From positions 620,001 through 684,000 of the forward strand of contig OZ287076.1 in NCBI GenBank assembly GCA_965645245.1: 64,000 bases of DNA, in the 5' to 3' direction. The position numbers and the translations under genes were made by a program. The stretch is from Massalongia carnosa. Lineage: Eukaryota. A model generated the notes under the pieces. It did not search any database and had not been told where the DNA came from. It saw nothing but the letters and a program-made list of their open reading frames with translations. This document shows, piece after piece, positions 12,738 through 25,227 of this stretch. How positions within the stretch are numbered: position 1 is the first letter of the stretch; every line of letters starts with the position of its first letter.

Positions 12738-13789
12738 ATCGTCGGCTAGTCGCTCACTTAATCCTCCCTCCAAGAAGCATCTCGCTCCATGAGGTGTACC
12801 CTGTCACCTTGTACCACCTCTAGTCAGGGAAAGCGGTCTCGTAGTTTCAATTTCAGAATTTGTCTAAATTCACCACCTATTTTGCAGGTTTTTGCAACAC
12901 TTCTCGACCGCAACCTACGATCGTTAGCTGTTATTATTCATATCATAGATAGATACCAACTGCACATCCTAACTGCTCATTTATCAACCGGGAACGCATT
13001 ATATTTTTTCCAATTTCACCAGTTTTATCACCTATTTACAACTCATTTGCGACGCCGTCTCATCATGATTTGCAACCTCCATTTGCTTTATTTTCAACCT
13101 CATTTGCAAATATTATTAATAAGTAAATATATATCAGTTGCGCGTTCTAATAGTAACTCCTAGTCTGACGATAGCCTCCTTGATAAAAGTTAAACTGCTC
13201 ATCCTCATCACCCTTATCATTCTCATTATTCTCAGTGTTGAACTCTGCAAGGACATCTTGGATAGCCTTACCATGCCAATGCTTATAGGGTTGAAATACG
13301 CCCACATCAAGGGGTTGCATACAATGAGTCAGATGTGGTATCAGGGGGAGAGGGTGAATGTGATTTTCATTGGCAAGCTTTATAAACTCAGGGGTGCAAT
13401 GAGTCCCATGATTATTCATGAGCATCAATTTCCACTGCTTTGTAGGCCCCGAGTTTGTATTCGCAATGAAATGCTTCAAAAATTCAATGACTATTTCATC
13501 GGTGATGAACCCACTTTCTGATACTTCAATCAGAGCCCCCGTGGGCTGCCCTTCTTGGAATCAGTTCTGCATTATTCTACGACCTTGCATGATTAAAACG
13601 GGAGGAGGTGGTTGATGATCGGCGGCGTTGATGCTTTCGATTATGATGAGAGATTTGCGATTTTCTGGACTGATTGAATAGAACTCCTTAATATCTGATG
13701 GAACTAGAATTTCATGACCCTTCATACACTCAACTCGAAATCCTACTTCATCAAAGTTCCAGATATCTTGTGAACGACTAGCCGACGAT
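12738..13789 (-). mobile_element. Internally deleted pogo/Fot1 DDE transposon, 20-bp TIRs, TA target duplication
   Basis: TA|ATCGTCGGCTAGTCGCTCAC ... GTGAACGACTAGCCGACGAT|TA (19/20 match); fragments QDIWNFDEVGFRV and HCMQPLDVGVFQPYKHWH; LDGH motif degraded to MNNH. Confidence 0.9.
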
Positions 13790-13986
13790 TAGACCACAAG
13801 CTTAGAAAAGGAGTTTCGAGTCATATGCGTTTGATTTACATTAAGGTGATTACCGAACATCTAAGATCTTAACGTAGTCATCTATCTGCTATATCAAAAG
13901 CTACAGTACCGGCAGTCCCCATAACTAGCGTCCACATCGGCTTCCCAGGAGGAATCTCATATTATAACGCCTTAATTACATGCGGC

Positions 13987-16108
13987 CTATTGAAATTCAT
14001 ACGCCGGAAATGTCCTCTTCTCTGGCATAAGAGAAAGGTGTTGATATGGAGTGCTTAAAGGATCGTAGTATAGACCCTCAACATGCCCATCTGATCTGCG
14101 CAGAGAAATGTAGTAAAAGCCGCTGATAGTAAGCGGTGATTGTGCGTTGGATGGGGTCACAAAACATTTCTCTGCAAGTCAATGTTAGCATGAAAAAAAA
14201 AGAAAACTATATCAAATCTAAAAACAAGATATTGTACCTTTCCATCTCATTAAGATCCAATTCCTCGACAGCTCCTCGGTGAACCATTTCTTACTGACCA
14301 AAGACCTTACGATCTCATCATCCGTAAGCCTCTTGAACGGCTCCAACTTCCGCCAGTATGTGCCGTCCGTACGGGTGTTTGCATTAAAGCTCTTGGTTTC
14401 CAGAGTGTGTTTGTTAAAGTCGATTATTTCGCCTTCGAGAAAAGTGGTGATGCTAGACTCATTAGTTGGGGACGTTTTATCAGGTACATTGAAGGCTTCC
14501 ATCGTGCCCGATAGAGTCATGCTGTCGTAATCAATGCTGTGGATAGTCACTTTGACAGGCCATCGCTCATCCCCATCCGGGTTCTCATGAGAAGCAGCAG
14601 TGTATGATGTTTGAGAACCTATCTCTCTGCGGGCAGGCTCGGTGTCTCGAGGACGTAGGCTTGCAGACGAGCGTTGCGATGGTCGGACAACATAGAATGG
14701 TTGCGCAGTGGTAGACTGAGAATGTGAAACAAATGGTGGCAAAGAAGAGCCGGTGGCCGCATGTTGAGAGCCAGAAAGAACACTACCAATCTTCAGCCAG
14801 GAGCTCTCTGGCGGCGGCTCGATAGTTGCAATGTCCAACACGAAATCACTGTTGGTGAACAGGTCATCTTGCACAAATCCACCAGCTTTGGCAGAGGAGA
14901 GACTATCCTGTACAGATTCGCAAAAGCGTAAACGTTCCAAGTATTTTATTGCATCATCCAACGACCTCGAAGCGATTGGAGGGCTAGCTGACGGATTTTC
15001 AAGATATCGTTGCCTGTAGGTCTCAACTGGAGCTCTTGAAGGCCGGGGTTGGTTTTCTTGGTCCTGTGCCTCCATCCATTCCCGTTGCATTACCAGCAGT
15101 TCGCGTCGTTGAGAGGCTCGCTCCTGAATTTGATGACGTTGTGGTTGTTGTTGCTGATGATGGTTAGTCGACTGCTGATGGATGGCTTGTTGCTGTTGCT
15201 GCTGAAGAACCTGTCGATGCCCTCGCGTACTTGAACCGAGTGAGCTCTGGCGTGCTAATCGCGATGAACCATGCCGATCTCGATCATCCGCATCATGACC
15301 CATTCTTTCCCTTTCGTGAAGGTAGTGCTGCAGGTGACTCCTCGCACGAGCGGAGAATGGTGAACTACGTCGTACAGACTGGAGCAGCGCAGCAGTGCGT
15401 AAAGATGGCTCTCCCGTCTCCGATGAATCATCACCCTCCAGGTCTCGAAAATGCGACCTCTCCGGGCTTGACGTTTGAGAAAGTTGTGGTATTCTTGAAT
15501 CTCTCATAGAGCCGCCTATCCTCCGTGATGATCTTCTCGTAGGAGGCCCGTGGTGAGATCCTGCCGAATGATACAAATTCAGCATGCTATTAGCAAAATC
15601 ATCCTCATATTCCGAACTTCCCGGCGCCCATCCATGGTATTGGGACCCCCCTGACGGTCCTTGGCTCGAATAGCCATTTTCATGGGAGTCTCCAAGCCCT
15701 TGCAGCTGCGCAGGCGTATATCGCATGTTCCCAGCTACAGCTTCAATCACCCTTCTTATTCTTCTGTGACTCTCAGTATTCTCACCGGTGAAATGCTCAC
15801 TCGACATTGTTGTTAACGGCGTCCAATTCTGAAGTCTTGATGAGCTTGTCACAGCACTTGGCTGTGTGCGAAGAAAATGTAAGTTTTCATCATCAGCGTC
15901 TTGTTCGGATCGTGTCATCAAGGTTGCGGCGAAGTCGGGTACCGGGCTGGCCAGCTCAGCAAGCTGTTCGAGGTAAGGACTGGCGGAATTGGTCGCCTCG
16001 CCTGGCATTTCCTGCATTTACCACTTGTTAGAAGTATAGGATCTAACAATAACTCCGAATGACCTAACCCGACGAAAAACGTACCGAAGGGGAGTTTGCT
16101 GGCGGCAT
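13987..16108 (-). CDS. GID4: Vid24/GID4-family substrate receptor of the GID ubiquitin ligase, long N-terminal extension, 3 exons
   Basis: SWLKIGSVLSGSQ, WPVKVTI, ITTFLEGEIIDF, YWRKLEPF, ILMRWK|EKCF..LTISGFYYISLRRSDGHVEGLYYDP..PYQHLSL. Confidence 0.85.
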
Positions 16109-17417
16109 CTTGGTTGCTTGTTCAAGTCGTCCGAGTCTGATCTGTCAAGGGCAGAAATGACTGTCGAAAATACTATGCTACTTCTGAACATAAGGCATCA
16201 TGACCAGCACGAGCATGTGAGGTTCTGGAGAGTCAATGCCGTTGAAGAGTCACCAGACAAAGGACAGACGATGCCCCAAAACGAACTAAGACAAGGATAT
16301 TTATTTGTTGCCAGGCAACAAAGAGACGGCCGATCACTTTGCTTTTACTAGATAAAAGGGAAGGCTATGACGGGTGTCGACTTCCTTCCAAAGTACCAAT
16401 TAATTAAAGAAAAGTATGTATGCTTCGAACGATTTGAGTGAATCATCTAAAGAATGGACGGGAAGCGACCCATGCCGATGCTTAGAGTAAGCGCACCAAG
16501 CGATTGTCTGGCATTTGATGCTCTGTACTCTGTACTCTGTGCTCTGTACTCTGTACAGAATTGTATGGTAATAAAATAGGATACATAACGGGATAATGAA
16601 GATTTGTACAGAGTACTTAAGTAACTATACAGAGTATTCTTCGAAGCTAAACCTTTTTGTGCTTGGTATCTTTCTGTATAGAGGTGTTGGTTAGACTCGT
16701 ATATCTTACTAAGATATCTACTAACGTTATACATTACTCTGTACAGAGTACACGGGACATACTCCGTTACTCTGTACTCTGATCCAGATAAGCAGTACTC
16801 CGTACGCCAGATACGAATATGATTGTCGCAACAAAGCGAACAACGAAGAGTCTTCCCCTAGTGGGATATTTTTCTATTCTTAACTATACCACCCTCGTCG
16901 GCAACCAGAAGCTTGTACTTTACGACATGACACTAAGGATGCAAATGCTGCAAGGACAGTTCCGACCCATCAACTACGAACATCGAGCCTTGCCTCCTTC
17001 CGACCCTGGAAATATTTAGTCCCCGTTGTCCTAAAAGACGATTCAAGACCACTTGTCGATCCCAGTAAGTGCGTGGGAATCCGTTGTCTGAAGCCTCTTC
17101 TTCTGCAACAGAAGCTGTCTTCTTTATCGAGATCGAGGAGAAATGTAAAGAAAAATGAAATCTCCGTCTTGCTTGTCCAAATCACTCAATCTTGCCCGAT
17201 CAAGCGGTCTAGATTATGTCTGCCTTCCGCCTAGCACACTCAATTCGTCACTCTTCATCCGATAGTGGATGGCCTCTACGTTGCCCTGCAGATAGGTTGC
17301 AGTAGTGAATTCAACATAAATATTCCTATCATCCTAAACTCATTGTTTTATGCTCGCTACAGCTTGCGTACGATACTAAATCCAAAGCTGGATTCTTTCA
17401 GCGTGGTCTTTCGTACT

Positions 17418-18634
17418 ATGATAATGGTCAAAATCAAGTCAATCGAATACTTCCGTGTGCTACCCCGCTGGCTATTTGTCAAGGTCCTTGACGAAAATGA
17501 CAACTTCGGCTGGGGCGAGTCTACCCTAGAAGGTCATACTCAAGCTGTCGAAGGCTGCCTTGACGCCCTGATCCAGCGCTTTCGGGGCTTTGAGGCGGAG
17601 TAACCCCGCCCGTATTCTCCTTTACCAGCTTTCTGTTAACGGTTTCCTGCATTAATAGCGACATCGAGCATCTTTGGCAGTGCGCCTACCGGTTAGGTTT
17701 CTACCGTGGTGGTCCGGTCCTCATGTCTGCCCTTTCTGGTATCGATATCGCTTTGTGGGATTTGAAAGCCCGCCGCCTGAAGATCCCTCTCCATAAACTG
17801 CTAGGCGGTGCTGTCCGACATAAAATTAGGGTATATGCATGGATCGGCGGTGATCGGCCCCGAGATGTCGAGAACGAAGCCAAAGTACGTATCAAGCAAG
17901 GCTTCAATGCGGTCAAGATGAATGCTACTGCAGATGTGGATTGGCTGGACTCACCACGGGCATTAGAAACGTCCGTGGAGCGTTTGAGGGTGGTCAAAGC
18001 ATTAGACATGGACGTTTGTTTAGACTTTCACGGTCGACTCCACAAGCCAATGGCCAAGCAGCTTGCCAAAGCCCTCGAGCCTCACTGCCCTTTATTCATT
18101 GAAGAGCCTTTGCTTTCTGAGCATGCCGAGGGTATCAAGCAGCTTTCAAAATTAACAACATGCCCTATCGCTCTTGGCGAACGTCTTTACAGCCGATGGG
18201 ACGTCAAGCGCTTCCTGGAAGACTCGTCCGTCGACGTCCTGCAGCCTGACATTTCGCATTGTGGCGGCATCTCCGAAATCCGAAAAATCGCTGCAATGGC
18301 CGAGGCCTATGATGTGGCGCTGGCGCCACACTGTCCGCTAGGACCTATTGCCCTAGCTGCATGCGTGCAGATCGCTCTGTGCACACCCAATTTTGTAATC
18401 CAGGAGATGTCTTTGGGGATTCATTACAACATTGAGGCGGGTGAGTATGATATCTTCAACTACATACGGGACAAGAGTGTTTGGGATGTCAAGGACGGTT
18501 ATATTGAAGGGTTAAAGGGGATTGGATTGGGGATTGACGTTGACGAGGTTGAAGTGAGAGAGGTATCGGCTAATGCGGTAGCATGGCAACCGAAAGGGTT
18601 CATGGGTCCCGATGGGAGTATACGGGAGTGGTAA
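17418..18634 (+). CDS. dgoD: D-galactonate dehydratase-like enolase-superfamily (mandelate racemase subgroup) enzyme, intron 17600-17658
   Basis: PRWLFVK, GWGESTLEG, FYRGGPVLMSALSGIDIALWD, DFHGR, FIEEP, GERL, QPDISHCGG, APHCPLGP and terminal DGSIREW. Confidence 0.85.
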
Positions 18635-19050
18635 CTATATGCATGGCAGGTAGAAAGGCCAGAGATGTGTCTCTGAACATTTGACGTGTAATTACATCTT
18701 GCGGATATCCTAGTATCAGCACATATAACCAAACCTAAAGCTTAGTAAAAGAGACTAGTCATGTCTGTTTCTTTACCGTTACATGGAGATTGTAGCTGAG
18801 ATGGTATTAGACAGCGATAGCCTATTATGTTTGGTTGTCATATTTCATAGGTTAGGTGTATCCCAAGCCATGAGTTTACTTTCTGATATACTATTATCCG
18901 CGCCTTAATCTAATCTGATATGATAAGATCTTCAATGCCCCATTGCATCATTCATCTTTTGAAAGCATTTTATCACTTCAATCTCCTTTACCTTTCCTCT
19001 TTGCGGACCTGATCAAGCGCTACCCATCCCCTAGATATCAACGACGCGTT

Positions 19051-19967
19051 ATGATCAGCTCCCTCATCCAACCTGCCGAGTATTCAAGCCCTGAAGCGGA
19101 AGATTTCTTCTCCTCCGCCTTGAGCGTAATATCCCCAGACGACGTGTCCGTCCTGCACGGGGACCCTGGCTCATCCGTAACCTACAAGTCCAAAAGATAC
19201 GGCGACTTAGAATTTCAATTGTCAGAACCGCAGGCAGAAGATGAACGGAAATTGTTCGCGCAATATCTGTGGAACGCAGGCGTGTTGCTTGCAGAATACG
19301 TTAGCGGGACAGCTGATGAGAAGCATGAAAAAGAATTTGATGTCAAAGGCAAAATTATCTTGGAGTTGGGTGCCGGTTTGTAAATCATGATGTACGAATA
19401 TTTTTGCGCTTGACCTGAGGCGCTGCAGGGACAGGGTTAGTGGGTATAGTCTGTACGCTTGCAGGAGCCAAGGAGGTTGCCATATCCGACTATCCGGCTT
19501 CGGCGCTGTTGGCAACGATTGAGGCCAACGTAAGGAAGAATCTTACGGCCCAGCTCGCATTAAATGTGAATGTCCAAGGCCATGAATGGGGTGTCATCTC
19601 CGATGAATTCTCCAAAGCTCATGCCGGTGAATTTACAAGAATCTTGAGTGCAGACTGCTTGTGGATGTCTGGACAACATCAATGTTTAGTCCAATCGATG
19701 CTTCACTTCCTCTCTTTTGACGGGCAGGCTCGCGTTTGGGTGGTCGCGGGATTCCATACCGGCCGGGCGAAAATTGCAGCGTTCTTCGAGGCGGGAAGAG
19801 AGGCTGGCTTGCAAGCGGAGAAAATATGGGAAAGAGACATTAATGGAAACGAACGAGAGTGGAGAACGGAACAAGACAGCATGACAGAGGATATCACCGA
19901 ACGGAAGAAATGGCTCGTCATCGCTATCTTGCAGCGAAAAGATTCCTTACCTTTCCCGAACCCATAG
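19051..19967 (+). CDS. EFM7: Methyltransf_16 protein N-terminal/lysine methyltransferase EFM7 (NNT1), intron 19376-19428
   Basis: LFAQYLWNAG, ILELGAG|TGL, ISDYP, GHEWG, ADCLW, AGFHTGR motifs. Confidence 0.8.
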
Positions 19968-20010
19968 ATTTCTCAAAAATCATTCCACACGTCCCTTCTC
20001 CTAAAATCAC

Positions 20011-20798
20011 TCAGCTCCCACCAACTCGCCGGAAACAGACAGTTGAAATCGTTTGTCCAGTTCCTCCCCCAAACCTGAATCTCGGGTACTCTACCCTCCC
20101 CTCGAATAACAGTTCCCCACCCTCAAACCACTCTTTCAGCTCTTGCTCCGTCCAGTTACAGCTTGTAACCAAAAGCACACCTCCCCGCCGCACCATCCCC
20201 TCCACCCGTTGCCTATAACCCTCACATAGTCTTCTCCCCCGCCCATCCTCCTCCCCGCTCAAACTCACCGCGTCGAACGTCCCTTTATCAAGCACCACAT
20301 CCCACTCCCCACCCTCCCACTTCTCCGCCCCCATAATATCCCACACCCGAAACTCCACCTTCCCCGCCCCTGGCTTCGCCGCCGCGATCCTCCGCGCCAG
20401 CTCCACGCCCGCGGCGGAATAATCCAGCCCCATCATGCGCCCCGCAAAACCACCCTCTTCGCGCAGCAGGAAGAGCATTTCCCCATTGCCAGTTCCGAGG
20501 TCCAGAAATGTAGTGGTAGCGCTGGGAAGCGCGAGGGTGGTGGAGGAGAGGTAGGCGAGCGTTTTGGGGGAGGCGAGCGCGTCGGAGAACCAGGTGATGC
20601 CGGTGTGGGAGGGGTTGAGGGCGTGCGTAGAGAGGTCGGCCGTGTAGGTGTTTTCCCAACTGGATTTGCAATGATTTTAGCGAATGAGGGGATGAGGGGT
20701 AGGGTGGAGTGGGAGAGGAGGAATTGCGGGGGGCGAACTGACTATTCTTTTGTGCCTAGTTGGCTGGGGGAGAGGTGGGGGGGTTTAGGAGTTGTCAT
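20011..20798 (-). CDS. EFM4: Protein-lysine N-methyltransferase EFM4 (SEE1), one intron
   Basis: PSQLGTKE|YWE..Y, WFSD, LDLGTGNG, GLDYS, VVLDKGTFDAVSLS, LVTSCNWT, YPRFRFGG. Confidence 0.9.
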
Positions 20799-21906
20799 GT
20801 TGGTGATGGCTCTGAGAGGGGGGTTGTTTCAGTCGGTTGTTGGCTCGCTACCCGGTGTTCATTAACCCTTAAATATCTCTCCCGGTAACGATTTCTCATG
20901 GAAGCCTGGATCCAAAGCCATGAGTTGGTTGTTGGACTTTGATTCTACTCCACGATAGATAGACGAAGTAATATTTCAAGAATGTTGGAATTATTGGCAG
21001 GTGGTGTTGAGGATAGATAGGGTGGGGAACACGGCTCCAGCTTTTTTTCAACTACATTTTTACCTAAGACAACAAGATGCAGCATATCCACCGTCATAAA
21101 AAAACCTTTGTTTCAGGTATATATCCTAGGAGTCTGGATCTGAAAGGGCCAATATTTAGACCAACAAAAAAAACTGCTCATCTGGATCTAGCAGGCATTA
21201 CATTTTATCATATTCGTTTACTGTTTGAAGCGATATTCAAGTTGACTGGCAGTTACTGTATAGGAGATCAAAGTGGATATGGATCGATTGGGAAGACATT
21301 TCATAGGTCTCAGCGATATTTTTCTTTGTTTACTCGCCTGATTCTCTGTCATTGGCAAAGTCCTGGAAAGCAAAAAGTGTGCCTCTTTCCAAAGAGAAAA
21401 TCTCCTATCATCTGGAAAACTAATATTATTCTTCGTTACAACAATGTGAGTAATCAGCACTTGTTTGAGCTAAGTATTGAGTGAGGGCCCAAGGTAGATT
21501 CATATTAATGCCATGGTCTGAGTCATGGCCTTTTCAGCTAGATGCATCTTAGCAAGAGTACTCTGTAGGCGATTTGTGATGTTCCTCTAAGTAGCATAGA
21601 TAGGAATGCTACTTGAGCAGAATAACGAGAAGCCTCAAAGGATGTACCACTTTTCCGGAGAAGATGTTACTTTTGGTGCTTGTTCGATGCTAGTATCCAG
21701 GAATCCAGTCAAGACCATTACTCTAGGTACGGAGTAGTTAAATACATTGCGTTCTGTTGAATTCTCATCTTTCGATTTATCGGTCGCTCTTTATTTTCTC
21801 CCTGTCTGCTTCAGGTATTAGATGAAGGTTGGAAGTATACTGTGTTCAATCGTAGAAATGATTGACTATAATAGTTAGAAGATTAAACTCATTTCTCTAA
21901 AGTCTA

Positions 21907-21977
21907 ATCGTGCGTGCGTGCCACACCAGTAATCGTTTTCGTTTACTCGAAAACGATTACTGGTGGTGTGGCACGAT
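21907..21977. mobile_element. ~70-bp TA-flanked hairpin mini-element (MITE-like)
   Basis: TA|ATCGTGC..CACACCAGTAATCGTTTTCG-TTTACT-CGAAAACGATTACTGGTG..GCACGAT|TA. Confidence 0.65.
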
Positions 21978-24900
21978 TATGACTAGTTAATGAGAGCCCG
22001 AATTGGAAACGCTGAGAGCCAATCCCCGTTTCCATAAAAAAACCCTTTTACTACATAGTACGTTCGGCTGTTCAATGGTCAAGACGATAACCGTAAAGTG
22101 GCGTAGCTGGAGATTAAATGTTCTAGTCTTTACTCGGCTGTTCACCAATAATGATGATAACCTTTAGGTGGTTTAGCGTTTTTGTTTGTTCGTGTCAACG
22201 TCAATGAAAACACGATCTTCTTCTGCAAAAAGTGTTCTGAAGGTGATCGGAGAAAACATCCTGTTCTTGCTCGTCCGCCTTGGTTTTGGAAAGCAAGAAT
22301 TCCGAATGAAGGATACAAGATATGCCTCCACATTCTCAGTTCTTATTGCCTGCTTTCCTACGTTCTCTTGGAATATTCGCTTAGCCTCCTTTGTCCAAAC
22401 CTAGCCTTACTGGCCGCCATTACTGCTCTCTAAAGCAGATTAATATAGAAAACTCTGGTGTGATTGAAAACATGTCCTTCAACCGCCAGCTCCTCATAAA
22501 GTTGCTGGGTCTTGTTCTAATTATATTATTTGAGATGCAATGCATTGCCCGTTCGCGTGGAGGGCGTTGCCGTCTGCACAAAATGTCTTACATGAACATA
22601 TCTTATCCTGTCAAATATTAAATGTAGCTGAACCTCGGACAGTCTTCCGTCTTAATCTTCTGTCGTATAATAGTGATGGCTGAATAACCTTTTAACAACA
22701 TGTCTAAGCCATGTTTGGATTTTTGAAGAGCTTCTTTGGAACGGTAGGACGAACACCAGTTGCTGGGCTGCTTTGCCAATTTTGGTATCTAGGCGACACC
22801 GATAAGTCCGAAAGACTCACAAACGCGTTCTTCATATATCTTCACCGGACTGGTACAATTGGTAGGATTATTAGCCGGATAAGTCTAGAAGCAAAACCAA
22901 ATCTTCTTTTAATGTCAGGAAATAAGTCTGATTTATTTCCGTTTGATCTTGCTTCATTGTTTTTTATCATCCCTTTTACCAACATTTTGTTCTCTAAATT
23001 CCTTTCCATCTCACTCTCCATCTTCCTGTTTTCTTCATGTCCTTGTCTCAGGAACTAAAAGATATAGACAGTAAGTTGCCTTAGTCTTGAACTCTCCCTA
23101 TCAAGCCAAAAGCCAGATCCCGAGGTTATAAACTTTAAGACTGATAATACTTAAGGAAAGAGTCTTGGTTTTACCTTAGTATATTTTTTCTCTCTCTCTC
23201 TAAGACGCTAGATCTGAAGAAAATGGTAAAGGAGATAAGTCGACAAACCAAAACCTCTTTGCGGAAGGCGAAAGACGACAGTCTATTCCTTGGCCCAACT
23301 CCCTGTTCGAGACCTGGGCTTCTCACTACCGCGCTGACGCACATACTGTTCTTGGTTAAGGGAAAGATGGCAAAAAGAACCGCTAGGGACGAAAGTGCGC
23401 CAGGTGATGGCGGCTTGTGGGGGGGTTAACGGAGAAAGTGTGCGCAATGATGAGGAAGAGGATGCTGATGAAAAATCTAGCGGATGAGCAAGTAGGGGGG
23501 TTCTAGGGGGCAATCGGTGTGTTAGGTGGTTTTTTGCAGCGGAGTTCTTCTTTGTGGGGAGACTGGGGATGGAGACGACGAAAAGAGAAAACCGATGCAG
23601 GAGGGAAAACTAAGACTGAAAAGGAACGGTGGTCTTTGTGTGAACCTTACGTTCATTCTTATTTTTAAATCAAATTCCATATATACCACCATCTCATGCT
23701 CTTCCCTTGCTCCCTCTCTTTGCTTAGGTATCACATATTTATTCATGCATGACGCATCTCCCATCAAATCAACGCAATATGCAGACAGAAAAACAGATAC
23801 CAAGAAATTAACTAAATACTGTCTATTCATCCGACAAAGCTCTTTGAGAAAAAGAAAGGAAGGTAGAGTGAGGAGAAAGATATTTGATGTAGTAAGTAGA
23901 TAATGGGGGAAATAAAGGAGAGGGAATGAAGACAGAAAGGGAAGTAAGAACGATAGGGTAGAGAAGGAGACGGTAGACAGGGAAAATTAATATAAAGGAA
24001 GGAGGGTACAGAACTGCATGAAAAATGCAATAGTTACCTATCTATCTATCTAGGGTGCTCGCTTGTTAGCTTATTTACTAGAACTGCGACTATTATTTCC
24101 CTCTTTCACCCCTTTTACCTTCTTTACCTCCCCCTCCATCTCATACCTACCCCCCAGCAGCTCCACTATCTATCGCGAAACCAGCAAGACCAACCCGAGG
24201 CTAAGAACGAGAGGAAGGGAGGGGTTAGAGAGAAGAGAAGAGATTAGATGTTAAAAATCAAACAGAAAAGAGACGAGGGATGAAAATGTTATGGATGGAG
24301 AGGGGTAGATACAATTATGTATACCTATGATCGAAATCCGATTGGTGAATAGCGAATAGCGAAACGAAGGAAAGGAAAGGAAAGGCAACGAGGAAATCAA
24401 CAAATGGATGGATGAATGAATGAATGAGCGAATTCCCATCTCTTCCGGCGCGCTACACACCATAAATCTTCCCCAGCCTCCTTGCGGGCGGAATTAAGGG
24501 CGGGGAGTAAATGAGGGATCAGAACGAGGATTGGGAATGAAAAGGGAGTGAAAAAAGGAGAAGTTGATGATTTTGTTATATCTAGAGATTATAAGGGGAG
24601 CGAGTGAAGAGAGGGAGGGTGGGGGGAAGAGACATAGAGACGATCAGACAAAAATAAAAATAGCTAAATTGGGGGAGGGGGGTTTCCTTTTTCGGGGTTC
24701 TCAGCTACAGTTGAAAGGGGGGGGGGGGAGCCCTACCCCATCGAACTGTTTTGCATTTGCCGTCTTTTTTCCCTCTGGAAATTGAGGAATCGTTAAGGTT
24801 GAAGATATTGATGAAACTAATCCCCGTCTCCCCCCACCCCCCACGCAAGACAAAGCTGCCCTATTCATGAAAACATGTTTTACTTTTAACTTTTCTCTAA

Positions 24901-25227
24901 CTCTCGGTTTCAAGTATTGTGGCCGGGAAGGGGGTAGAAGAATTAAAATCTGGAAAGAACTTTGGGGGGGAGGGGGAGGGGAAAGGGAAAATTCCTAAGG
25001 AAAAGGAGAAATAATTAGAGACAGCCCACCGCTTTGAGTCTCCCCCCTTTTTTCCTCAAGCACATTAACCTCCTTTCCTGAGTTTCGAAAATCGCTTAGA
25101 TTTTGCCACACTTGGATGTGGAACAATGGAACAAGGGCGAGAGGAACCCCAGAGCATCCTTGCCAGGAAAAACATCGGAAAGTGGTTCGAAAGTAGAGCG
25201 CTCGAGAAAGGCTCAAAAAGGGACGGG

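Noticed and set aside
16519..16560. Short periodic repeats as a CRISPR-like array
   Set aside because: 7-bp tandem units without spacers, in a eukaryotic context with no cas genes.
19376..19428. ATGATG...CTGA C/D-box-like motifs in the EFM7 intron
   Set aside because: The intron is 53 nt and the boxes are too close together and imperfect for a snoRNA.
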